Part shown: positions 8,634 to 16,321 of the stretch, piece after piece | Numbering within the stretch: the stretch's first letter is position 1 | Layout: every line of letters starts with the position of its first letter | Source: a virus | Lineage: Duplodnaviria > Heunggongvirae > Uroviricota > Caudoviricetes | Direction: 5' to 3' (one strand) | IMG/VR virus record: IMGVR_UViG_2713896786_000017 | DNA: 23,509 nucleotides | Position numbers and translations under genes: made by a program | Notes under the pieces: generated by a model | Seen by the model: the letters and a program-made list of their open reading frames with translations, nothing else | The model's database searches: none | Told to the model about the DNA's origin: nothing

Positions 8634-9056
8634 CGCGCTTCGCTTGTCTGCTGCTTCGCCGGGGCATAAAAAATTTATGCCCCGACTCTCCAGCTCCTGT
8701 ATCAATCAGATAATTTCACGACGCTTTCCTGCTTATTGCCATCATCGACGGTCAGACTCTTACGCAATCCCACTGCGCTGACTGCATGTTCTCGCCGCCT
8801 CAGTGCGATTTTGACGGCCTTATCTGCCACCCCATCAAAGCAAAAGCCCTCACGTCTTTTTCACGCTCAGCGTGAGAAATACAGCCATTCTGTTGTATCT
8901 CTGCGACACCGTTCAGGGGATGCTATTTACCCCCTGAAGCGCGGGCTGTTCCCCCGTCACCTGCGCGTAGAAAAAGCGCGTTTTTTTGTGCACGCACGGA
9001 TCCTTGACGGATCCAGCCGCCATGCGGGCCGGAAGGGTAAAAAGTCGTTCAAAAAA

Positions 9057-9086
9057 ATTGTGCAAATTTGTGCACTTTTGTGCAAA
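9057..9086. repeat. Three direct TTGTGCA repeats at 10 bp spacing (iteron-like)
   Basis: attgtgcaaa tttgtgcact tttgtgcaaa at about 9057..9086, read directly from the sequence. Confidence 0.6.
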
Positions 9087-9120
9087 CAAAAAGCGCCCCT
9101 GAGGCGCTTTAGTGTTTTAT
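9087..9120 (-). terminator. Rho-independent terminator ending the A-parM-parR-orf143-orf87 transcription unit
   Basis: aaagcgcc-cctga-ggcgcttt hairpin (about 9089..9110); on the minus-strand transcript it is followed by UUUUGUUUG. Confidence 0.55.
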
Positions 9121-9144
9121 AGGTTGTGTATATTGGCTGGGTCC

Positions 9145-9408
9145 TTATCCTGCTGTGCTTTCAAGTGATGAGGGGAACAAAATCTTTTCATCAAACCCTG
9201 CATTCATATCATGGACAGCAACACACCAATCCATTGACGAACGATTATCAAGAGCCTCCATGATTTCATCCATGCGGCGTAGGTCATACAGGTAAATGCT
9301 TTTATCGCCAATGGTGTAAAAACCAATTTTTTTCGGTGATGGACAGCGATCAAGAACGTCCTGTAATTCGCTCAACCATGCTTGTTCTTTTTTTGTCAAA
9401 GTTGCCAT
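9145..9408 (-). CDS. Hypothetical protein (87 aa), last gene of the cargo operon
   Basis: ATG at 9408 lies 1 nt after the orf143 stop with AAAGGAGAG upstream; the track start at 9429 is a TTG extension. No recognisable domain. Confidence 0.5.
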   Translation of the reverse strand: MATLTKKEQAWLSELQDVLDRCPSPKKIGFYTIGDKSIYLYDLRRMDEIMEALDNRSSMDWCVAVHDMNAGFDEKILFPSSLESTAG

Positions 9409-9409
9409 A

Positions 9410-9841
9410 TCACTCTCCTTTGATGCCAATGTCTACAGCTTGGCAAGCCTCTTTGGTCACCCAGTCAATAGCGTCTTTCCATACTCCAGTTTCGACTGGC
9501 GGATTCTCACGCTTTACCTGTTCATAGAAACGCACCGCTCTAACCAGTCCATCTGGTACTGCTGGCGCTGGCGGCTCTCGATACATAGGGATAACACGTC
9601 GCGGGTCCGCGTATTTATCTGGCGGACACTGAAATATCTCACCGAAACCATACTGCTTGACATCACGCAGTTCCTCATCATCAGTCCATGCAACAGGTTT
9701 CGCTTCCAGCGATGTGAGTGCGATTTTCAGTGCGATTAACATATTGTGATCGTTTTCATCAAGGCCAAACGGGATGTCTTCACGACACGATTCAAGGTCT
9801 GCAATTTTGCGTTGTAACCATTTTTTGGGGATAGTTGCCAT
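9410..9841 (-). CDS. Hypothetical protein (143 aa), third gene of the cargo operon
   Basis: Track ORF; ATG 19 nt after the ParR-like stop with AGGAGAGGAG upstream. No recognisable domain. Confidence 0.55.
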   Translation of the reverse strand: MATIPKKWLQRKIADLESCREDIPFGLDENDHNMLIALKIALTSLEAKPVAWTDDEELRDVKQYGFGEIFQCPPDKYADPRRVIPMYREPPAPAVPDGLVRAVRFYEQVKRENPPVETGVWKDAIDWVTKEACQAVDIGIKGE

Positions 9842-9860
9842 AGATGCTCCTCTCCTGTTT

Positions 9861-10175
9861 TCACTCTGGGAAAAATGACTGAATGTTCTTTCTTATCTCG
9901 CTAGTGCTGTGATTGCTTCCGGTGGCAGGTGCGCTGGCATATTTACTCTGAATATTATTCTTGGCTGGCGCAGCTCCTTCTTCCGGCCATTCGGCCAACC
10001 AATAGGCAAATGCAGGATCGCGTTTTATGAGTGCCAGCCCGGCCAGAAAGGCCGCGCGTTGCGCGCGGCTGCGTTCAGAGGCTGGCAGGCTGTCGAGGTA
10101 ATTACACGCCTCCCGTTCACTATTGACGGCGACTGGCTTCAGATAGAAACTTATCCGTCTGGTTGGTGTCGTCAT
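9861..10175 (-). CDS. parR: ParR-like DNA-binding adaptor of a type II (actin-type) partition system
   Basis: Internal Met of track ORF 9861..10310, 5 nt after the ParM-like stop, with AAGGAG overlapping that stop. MTTPTRRISFYLKPVAVNSEREACNYLDSLPASERSRAQRAAFLAGLALIKRDP parallels the N-terminal half of plasmid R1 ParR as recalled. Confidence 0.7.
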   Translation of the reverse strand: MTTPTRRISFYLKPVAVNSEREACNYLDSLPASERSRAQRAAFLAGLALIKRDPAFAYWLAEWPEEGAAPAKNNIQSKYASAPATGSNHSTSEIRKNIQSFFPE

Positions 10176-10179
10176 TGGT

Positions 10180-11139
10180 TTACTCCTTGTCCATTGCGTA
10201 CAGCCCATTAACCAGAGCAAACTGTGGCACCCCGTCCGCGATGAAAGTCGCATTAACTCCGCAGGCTTCGCGGATAGCGGGTGCCACAATCTCCGTCCCA
10301 CCACCGACAACCATCACCCGCCCGTAACCCGAAAAACCCGCCAGCGCGCGGATCACGCGTTGTTTCAGTGTTTCTTCCTTTTCACGAATAACCGCCATCA
10401 GGCTGGCGTAATGCGCGTCATTGTGGATGTGCTGGCGCAGCCAGGCTTCATCATGGCGATGTTCGATAATGGTATTGGCGATGTGGTGACTGGTGCGCAT
10501 ACCGTTAGTGGCCATCACCGACAGTACGGCATCGGCCATCAGAGAAACGCCTACGTGTGGATCGCAAAACACCTGGCTGATACCTGCCAGTTGCCCCTGA
10601 ACCTTTGCCACATCCAGCGTGGTTCCGCCCAAATCCACAATCAGCAGGGATTCAAACGGACTCATGTCAGCCAGTGCCTTAAAGCCAGCCGGAATGGATT
10701 CAGGCATAACCCGTACGTTACGGATAGTGAATGCTTCGCCGTTCTGGTACTCCACCGGGCGCATAACGTTCGCTTTTTTGCGGTTGATATTGGTCATGTC
10801 CGGCTGTGCGTTTGTGTCGAAATACTCGCTCAGTGGCAGGGTGACAACCACATCCACCTCCTGTGGTGTGATGCCTGATTTGACCAGCGCGTGATGAATG
10901 GCAATGACATTCACATCGCTGTATTGGTATTGCGTGTCGGTCGTCTGGACAAAGCGATCGCTGACCGGATCAAAACCATAGCGCACGCCATCAAGCATGT
11001 AGTTCGCGGGCTGCGTGCCACCGAACGGCGCAGACCATTCCGACTTGAAGCTGTTCGGGCTGATGGCGTTGCGGCGTTCGCCGTTCTCAGTCCATGCCAG
11101 CTTGATGTTGGTGGAGCCGTCGTCGATACAAATTTTCAT
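10180..11139 (-). CDS. parM: ParM/StbA-like actin-fold ATPase
   Basis: 319 aa track ORF. MKICIDDGSTNIKLAW, ISPNSFK, YQYSDVNVIAIHHAL, VMPESIPAGF, DLGGTTLDV and VVGGGTEIV parallel plasmid R1 ParM motifs as recalled. Confidence 0.85.
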   Translation of the reverse strand: MKICIDDGSTNIKLAWTENGERRNAISPNSFKSEWSAPFGGTQPANYMLDGVRYGFDPVSDRFVQTTDTQYQYSDVNVIAIHHALVKSGITPQEVDVVVTLPLSEYFDTNAQPDMTNINRKKANVMRPVEYQNGEAFTIRNVRVMPESIPAGFKALADMSPFESLLIVDLGGTTLDVAKVQGQLAGISQVFCDPHVGVSLMADAVLSVMATNGMRTSHHIANTIIEHRHDEAWLRQHIHNDAHYASLMAVIREKEETLKQRVIRALAGFSGYGRVMVVGGGTEIVAPAIREACGVNATFIADGVPQFALVNGLYAMDKE

Positions 11140-11215
11140 GTCGCTTTTCCTTATGTTGATTAATTAATCGTTTACGGGATTCTGAAATCCCGTTTTTGCC
11201 TGTTTTGTGCGCGCT
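11140..11215 (-). promoter_or_regulatory. parM upstream region: candidate promoter overlapping an 8 bp-stem hairpin (possible ParR operator / parC-like site)
   Basis: Minus-strand TTTCAG...17 nt...ATTAAT resembles a sigma70 -35/-10 pair and overlaps ACGGGATTTCAGAATCCCGT; AAGGAAAAG precedes the parM ATG. Confidence 0.4.
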
Positions 11216-14056
11216 TCATATATCGCTGCGCGTTTTTTGCTCATTTACGGGATTCGTGAGTCCCGTTTCTGTCTGTTTTTTGTTTCCACTGGTCAGGCCA
11301 CCCCGCAGCAGGTCTGCTTTGCGGCGGGCGCGTTCAGTGGTTTCACTGATTCTCTGTGCGTGCTCTGCGTCGCGGATGGCGCGCAGCATGTCAGAAAGCA
11401 CGGTAACGGGTGTTTTCATGGTGTTCTGGTCCTGCTGAAGTGTGGATGCCAGGCGTGCGGCGGCTTCAGGGTCTGATGCCCCCAGCTGTGTCAGATAGCT
11501 GGCGACCGGGTTATGGCGGATCTCCGTGCTGCTTACGCCATGATTACGGCTCAGGCGCTGCCAGAGCTGCGTGATTCGGCTGTCCGGGCGGGTATCCGGT
11601 TTGCGTACAATTTCAAATCCCTGCGGTGCAATGATGCTGCCGTCAACGTACAGACTGCCGCCCCGTAACAGGTGCTGCATCTGTTGTTCACCGATATGCA
11701 GGCCGAGAGATTCAGCAGACTCCCGCCATTCTTTAGCGAGTAATTCGTGGTTATCAGGCAAAGGCCGCTGCTGTTTGCGGCTCTGTGTCCAGCTCTGCAT
11801 TTCATCACTGCTGTTTTTTGCCTGTTTGTCACGAAGCGAACGCATCAGCGCCCGGCGTTCGTGCCGTTTCAGTGAGCGCATCCATTCATCCACATCAACG
11901 CCGTCAGGGAGCTGCGGCCACGGTGCTGGCCGTTCTTCCGGCTGTTCTGTCCCGTTGTTGTCCGTTTCCTGTACACGGGGACAGTTATTGCCACGAGTCC
12001 AAGGGGCGGCAGGGCCGCCCTGAAGGTCAAAACCATTTTCGCGGGCGCTGTCTTCCGCTTCCGGTTTGCGTCTTACCAGCTTCCAGTTATCCGGATGCGT
12101 GCATACGCGGGAAGACTCCCCAATGAGCGGCGACCAGATCCCGTAAATCTGTACGCTCTGTTCACCGTAATCGTTCAGCTCATCTGCGAGGTCGTAGGCG
12201 GTGCGAATCAGGTAGTCTTTGCGTGGAACAAGTACGCCACCCTGTTTCTCAATGTAGGTGGCAAAACATCCGGCATCAGCGGCAGCGAGTACCGCGTCCA
12301 TTGCGTCATCCTTCAGCCGTTGCGGGCCTTCCGGGTTGCGTGCCATCTGGCTGGCAAGGCGGCGCAGTTCACGCCACACCTGACGGGAGGGGATACCAAA
12401 GAACTGGAACTGGCGGACCCGGTGAAGGCGCGCCCAGCCGATGGCGCGTTCCACGCTCTCGGCCATTGATTTTCCGGTTTCGTGGTCAACGCGTGGCTTG
12501 CCCGTTTTCGGGTCGATGCCATCCACGGCGCGGCTGTCCAGGTTCTTTCCGATGTAGGTGGCGATGTAGCTGGTTGGTGTGCCTTTTGAGCCGTCGACAT
12601 ACTCCACCTTAAAGCGCGGAGTAATATCATTGCCCAGCTCGTGGCGGTCTTCCTGAATGGCAATATCGCGGGTGATGGCCACGATGCTGTCGATTTCTTC
12701 CGGATGAGCAAAGACCATCATATGCCAGTGCACAGTGCCGTCATGGTGAGGCTCCACCGTGCGGATGCCATACCAGCGCAGACCGTCGCGGTTCAGTTTT
12801 TTGCGGACCGCCGCAAAAAACGTGTTAACCAGGTAATCGCTGGAGTCGCGCATGGTGGCCCCGTTCCATTTAGGGTTCGGATGACCGTTCTCCGTTGTTG
12901 CGTGGTATTTTGACGGGCAGGTGACAGTCAGAAACACCGCTCTGTCGCCACGGGCTTCGGCCAGAAGTTCCAGTCCCTTCATGGTGGCCATCATTTCTGC
13001 CTTACGGTGAACCGGGTTACTTACTCCCGCGTAATACACTGTCTCGAGATCAATCGTGAACCCGTCTTCGTTTTCCAGCATGAAACTTTTCAGGAAATCG
13101 CGTGTTTTCTCGCGCTGTGCGCGAAACTCGCTTAACGCGTCCTGGCTCAGATAGGGTGATGTTTTTCTGGAAACCAGACAGGCGGCGCGGAGTTGTTCTT
13201 CTCTCCACTCGCAACGTAACAGCCACAGTTTGCGTTTCCACCATTCCGCACAGGTCAGGCGAAGGATTGCGCCCGGCAGCAGCTCCGTGTCTGGTTCGTT
13301 CCTCCGGTCTTTGTCTGTTGTCAGTGCGTCATAATGTGGAGGCATGGCGTGCAGGTGTAACGCCATGCGGGCCAGCATCTGATACGTCTTCAGCGTTACA
13401 TCCATGGTCAGCTCGCCATCGGTCGCGCCAAAGCCATCGCAGAGTTTTTCGAAGGTGCTGCTGAACATCGCCGCCGTCATGGTGGCCAGCGTCTGTATCT
13501 GGTGTTTGTTGAGCTGCGGCAGGTAAAGCAAATCGTCCAGGCGTTCGCGTCCGGCAAGGGAGCGATAACCAGGTGTCAGCCAGCGCCCGTCAGTGCGATC
13601 CAGACGTTCGAATATTTTGCGCAGGGTTCCGCGTGCATAGCGTTCCGCCTGCCAGCTCTTTTTGCCTTTCTGACGATCGGCTTCCTGCTTCTTGCGCAGG
13701 AAAGAGAGGTGGCGGCTCAGAGGTTCTCGCAGATAAACGGGAAGCGCCTTCAGTGTGGCAAAGGCACGGGCTACCGGGTCTTGTTCTGTTGCCCGGCGCT
13801 TACTGATGATGCTCTGTGCCAGCTTCTCACGCTGTCCGGCTTCCTCAAGGGATGCCATGAGTTTTTTACCCATGGCGGATTGTGCGAAAAAGGCTTCTTT
13901 CTTCGCTTCCTGTTCTTCCTGTGCCCTTTTGTCCGCCTCAAGGTAGTAACGGATGGCGCGTTGCAGGTCGGTTTCAGTTTCCTGCCTGTGCTCCGTAAAT
14001 CTGGCCGGATCAATAGCTGGTCGTGGTTCATTCCAGCTCCATGCAAACGCACTCAT
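11216..14056 (-). CDS. A: Rolling-circle replication initiation protein (P2 gpA-like HUH endonuclease)
   Basis: Track ORF 11216..14083 (955 aa). HUH motif in GTVHWHMMVFAHPEE and paired tyrosines in TSYIATYIGKNL. The ATG at 14056 overlaps the upstream stop (ATGA) and is the likelier start; 14083 is a GTG. Confidence 0.85.
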   Translation of the reverse strand: MSAFAWSWNEPRPAIDPARFTEHRQETETDLQRAIRYYLEADKRAQEEQEAKKEAFFAQSAMGKKLMASLEEAGQREKLAQSIISKRRATEQDPVARAFATLKALPVYLREPLSRHLSFLRKKQEADRQKGKKSWQAERYARGTLRKIFERLDRTDGRWLTPGYRSLAGRERLDDLLYLPQLNKHQIQTLATMTAAMFSSTFEKLCDGFGATDGELTMDVTLKTYQMLARMALHLHAMPPHYDALTTDKDRRNEPDTELLPGAILRLTCAEWWKRKLWLLRCEWREEQLRAACLVSRKTSPYLSQDALSEFRAQREKTRDFLKSFMLENEDGFTIDLETVYYAGVSNPVHRKAEMMATMKGLELLAEARGDRAVFLTVTCPSKYHATTENGHPNPKWNGATMRDSSDYLVNTFFAAVRKKLNRDGLRWYGIRTVEPHHDGTVHWHMMVFAHPEEIDSIVAITRDIAIQEDRHELGNDITPRFKVEYVDGSKGTPTSYIATYIGKNLDSRAVDGIDPKTGKPRVDHETGKSMAESVERAIGWARLHRVRQFQFFGIPSRQVWRELRRLASQMARNPEGPQRLKDDAMDAVLAAADAGCFATYIEKQGGVLVPRKDYLIRTAYDLADELNDYGEQSVQIYGIWSPLIGESSRVCTHPDNWKLVRRKPEAEDSARENGFDLQGGPAAPWTRGNNCPRVQETDNNGTEQPEERPAPWPQLPDGVDVDEWMRSLKRHERRALMRSLRDKQAKNSSDEMQSWTQSRKQQRPLPDNHELLAKEWRESAESLGLHIGEQQMQHLLRGGSLYVDGSIIAPQGFEIVRKPDTRPDSRITQLWQRLSRNHGVSSTEIRHNPVASYLTQLGASDPEAAARLASTLQQDQNTMKTPVTVLSDMLRAIRDAEHAQRISETTERARRKADLLRGGLTSGNKKQTETGLTNPVNEQKTRSDI

Positions 14057-14442
14057 GGCTGGTATCCCGTCACGCGCTGCCACTCCTGCGAGAAGAGGGC
14101 GGAAAGGCGGTTAAATTCAGCGGTGTATTCACTCAGCGAGGCACACCCGCCAGCAGTGCGATGCGCCAGCATTGCTGCAAATACGGAGGCCGGGGAGTCG
14201 TAATACGCCAGCAGTGATTCGCCGTGCGGTGTCAGGCAGTGCAACGCCAGTCCGTGTGGTGTGAAGTCCACGCGGTAGCAGTCGTCTACTGTGAAATAAA
14301 GGGTGTCTGCATTCTCCGGTTTTGTGGTGCGTGCTCTGTTGTCACGACCACGGATGTAGAGATCAAATAACCCCTGAAGAACGGGAGCCAGACGGGTGTC
14401 CTGTGTGCGCACCCATCTTGTGAAGTCATGAGCGTCAATCAT
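14053..14442 (-). CDS. Hypothetical early protein (129 aa) directly upstream of and coupled to gene A
   Basis: Track ORF with ATG start; position is that of the small orfs preceding A in P2-like phages. Confidence 0.5.
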   Translation of the reverse strand: MIDAHDFTRWVRTQDTRLAPVLQGLFDLYIRGRDNRARTTKPENADTLYFTVDDCYRVDFTPHGLALHCLTPHGESLLAYYDSPASVFAAMLAHRTAGGCASLSEYTAEFNRLSALFSQEWQRVTGYQP

Positions 14443-14514
14443 GCTGCAATTCTCTTTACTACAGATGTGCGAAGGCCTCCCGCCGCAAGGTGCAGGAAAG
14501 GCCCGGAACAGGAA

Positions 14515-14745
14515 TTAATGGAGTTTGTTTTGCTGCTGGATGAGCTGTTGAAGCTCGTGCAGATCATCCGCCAGATAGCTGAAAACAGAGGCGGAATAAA
14601 TGTTTGATAGTGCGTGGCTGCGCTCATGCAGCATATTGATGTGCATGATTTGCGCGACGCGTGATGCGCGGTAAAGTCTGCGGTTGATTTCAGTCTGGAT
14701 GTGACGACGCGCAGCGTATGCGCGCTGTTGTTTGCGGTTTGCCAT
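14515..14745 (-). CDS. Hypothetical small basic protein (76 aa)
   Basis: Track ORF with ACGAGG 8 nt upstream of the ATG; arginine-rich helical N-terminus. An overlapping 205 aa ORF in another frame was rejected. Confidence 0.4.
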   Translation of the reverse strand: MANRKQQRAYAARRHIQTEINRRLYRASRVAQIMHINMLHERSHALSNIYSASVFSYLADDLHELQQLIQQQNKLH

Positions 14746-15067
14746 GGTGTGGCCTCGTGTATAGTAAGTTTTGAAAACTCACCATCCAGAGGTGGAAAAC
14801 TCGGGGTGGTGAGACGTACAGGGTTTCCACAACCGGCTATACACGAACCCGGCCCGACCAAAGTCGGCCCCATACGCCCCACCATAATTCGTGTGCGAAA
14901 AAGACGTGGCGATGCGGTACGCACAAAAAAACCGCTGGCGCGGTTGTGCGCGTGTATAGTCAGCGGGGTGGAAATCCCGGCACCCGTTTTATGAGGTGCA
15001 GCGGAAATGTAACCTGACTGATTGCGGCATGGCAAGCGGTTTTTTTGTGTGTGCATGTTCTGGTTTC

Positions 15068-15367
15068 TTACTGGTTCAGAAAAAAATCAAAAACCTTGTC
15101 AATGCGTTGCAGCAGCTCTTGCTGTATTGCTTCCGGTGTTTCCGGTTCGCCTGGCGCCTTCAACGTCGCGCAGAAATCAGCGATTTCATGATGGAGCGTC
15201 AGGCGAATGGCAGGAGCCGTGGTTCTGGCGTGCTCCAGCTCATCCAGCAGTGCCAGCACGGCAGACGGCGAGAGCATTGCGCGAAATGCCAGTAATTTTT
15301 GAGGCGTTGCCATTCGTTGCAGGGCAAATGCCAGTTCGCGTAGCTTCTGGTGGTTGATGGTGCTCAT
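15068..15367 (-). CDS. Hypothetical early protein (99 aa)
   Basis: Track ORF; ATGA overlap with the upstream gene. Confidence 0.5.
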   Translation of the reverse strand: MSTINHQKLRELAFALQRMATPQKLLAFRAMLSPSAVLALLDELEHARTTAPAIRLTLHHEIADFCATLKAPGEPETPEAIQQELLQRIDKVFDFFLNQ

Positions 15368-15609
15368 GCTCTGGCTTCCTTCAGTAGCTGGTTAAACATG
15401 TGAGTAAGTGGGTTGCCACACCCGAACGGCATCGGGTTTACCAGGTAAGAGAACCGACCGCCTGTTTTGCGTTCTTCTCTGATGACTAAGCCGTCGCGCC
15501 AGAGTCGGCGTAACTCCGAATTAATGGCTGTGGTTGGGGTATTCAGTGCTGTGGCGATTTCGCTACCGCTACAACCCGGATTGGCGGCGATGTAGTCCAG
15601 AATGGTCAT
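15364..15609 (-). CDS. Putative winged-helix DNA-binding protein (81 aa)
   Basis: MTILDYIAANPGCSGSEIATALNTPTTAINSELRRLWRDGLVIREER has the look of a winged HTH; translationally coupled on both sides. Confidence 0.45.
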   Translation of the reverse strand: MTILDYIAANPGCSGSEIATALNTPTTAINSELRRLWRDGLVIREERKTGGRFSYLVNPMPFGCGNPLTHMFNQLLKEARA

Positions 15610-15809
15610 TTGCGTGACTCCTGTACCTGTCTGATAAGATTTACCTGCACCACGTTGGTGGCGCAGAAGTAAGTGTCGTCAGTGAGATAAATGTGATGCG
15701 CGTCAGGTTGCGAACGGTGACGGTCGAGCGTTTTAATCAGCCGTTCGTCAATTTCGTATTCACGCCCTCTGGAGGTGAAACGAATGACGGAAAAACGCTT
15801 AATTGCCAT
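15606..15809 (-). CDS. Hypothetical early protein (about 67 aa)
   Basis: Internal ATG (MAIKRFSVIRF...) of track ORF 15606..15869 chosen to limit overlap with the upstream gene; start uncertain. Confidence 0.4.
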   Translation of the reverse strand: MAIKRFSVIRFTSRGREYEIDERLIKTLDRHRSQPDAHHIYLTDDTYFCATNVVQVNLIRQVQESRK

Positions 15810-16119
15810 TGCGCTCACCGCTCTGTTTCTGACGACGAACGCGAGATAGCTGAATTTCCAGTCCTTCAATGTGGTCGTGTAGTTCGTCTATTTCGGTGAG
15901 AAGCGAGTTGATGGTCGATGAGAGCTCCTCTAACAGAGCTTTCGCTGTCAGCAGTACCATAAACAGGCCTGGTTTATGTTCCGGGCAGGTTCCGTCAACA
16001 AGGTTTTTGGTGAGTTCAATAGCGACGAGTAGTGCCTCATCCAGTTCATCATCGTGGAGGTGCTTGAGAATTATTAATATTCTTTCGTGAATTTTGATGA
16101 TTTTTGCATTCTTATTCAT
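15799..16119 (-). CDS. Hypothetical early protein (about 106 aa)
   Basis: Track ORF 15799..16125 begins with GTG; ATG at 16119 has GAAGGGG 5-6 nt upstream. Confidence 0.5.
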   Translation of the reverse strand: MNKNAKIIKIHERILIILKHLHDDELDEALLVAIELTKNLVDGTCPEHKPGLFMVLLTAKALLEELSSTINSLLTEIDELHDHIEGLEIQLSRVRRQKQSGERNGN

Positions 16120-16207
16120 TGTCACCCCTTCTTTAAATGTGTGAATCCCTCCGCTAATGCAGATGTTTTCACGTTTTCTTATTTAATCTGGTGTTTTGTT
16201 TGTGCTG

Positions 16208-16321
16208 TTATTCGTCAGGGAAATAACGTTCAATCTTTTTCACTGAATGAATAATTCGCATAATCCCAATGGCGCAGGCCACCGAAATAATCAGAACAAG
16301 CCATGAGATAAATATACTCAT
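16208..16321 (-). CDS. Small hydrophobic peptide (37 aa), predicted single-pass membrane protein
   Basis: Manual translation MSIFISWLVLIISVACAIGIMRIIHSVKKIERYFPDE; ATG overlaps the upstream stop (ATGA). Below the ORF-track size cutoff. Confidence 0.35.
   Translation of the reverse strand: MSIFISWLVLIISVACAIGIMRIIHSVKKIERYFPDE

Larger units (their letters stand above)
8634..9144. other. cos / packaging region of the prophage (junction of virion genome ends); exact cohesive-end site not pinned
   Basis: ~510 bp with no credible ORF between Q and the cargo operon, the position of cos in P2. Contains a hairpin ggggcataaa..tttatgcccc (about 8651..8673), a 15 bp palindrome tcacgctcagcgtga, inverted repeat ttcagggg..cccctgaa, and gttcccccgtcacctgcgcg (about 8946..8967), which only loosely resembles the P2/186 cohesive-end sequence. 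Confidence 0.45.

Noticed and set aside
9057-9086. Possible CRISPR array (TTGTGCA repeats)
   Set aside because: Repeats are only 7 bp with 3 bp gaps, there are only three copies, and no cas genes are nearby. Kept as an iteron-like protein-binding array instead.
8736-9122. 128 aa plus-strand ORF in the cos region
   Set aside because: It runs across hairpins, palindromes and the terminator; R/S/L-rich with no RBS. The cos region is expected to be noncoding.
8634-9144. Exact P2 or 186 19-nt cohesive-end sequence
   Set aside because: No exact copy of the remembered G-rich cos core was found on either strand, only the loose match at about 8946..8967, so cos is reported as a region.
13502-14203. 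233 aa plus-strand ORF, along with 11571..12023, 12223..12612 and other frames inside gene A
   Set aside because: All lie antisense or out of frame within the replication initiator gene, which has HUH and tyrosine motifs in the called frame.
14439-15056. 205 aa minus-strand ORF spanning the early-operon noncoding island
   Set aside because: S/T/C/R-rich low-complexity translation with no coupling to neighbouring genes; it overlaps the more plausible 76 aa ORF in another frame. The region is better explained as noncoding.
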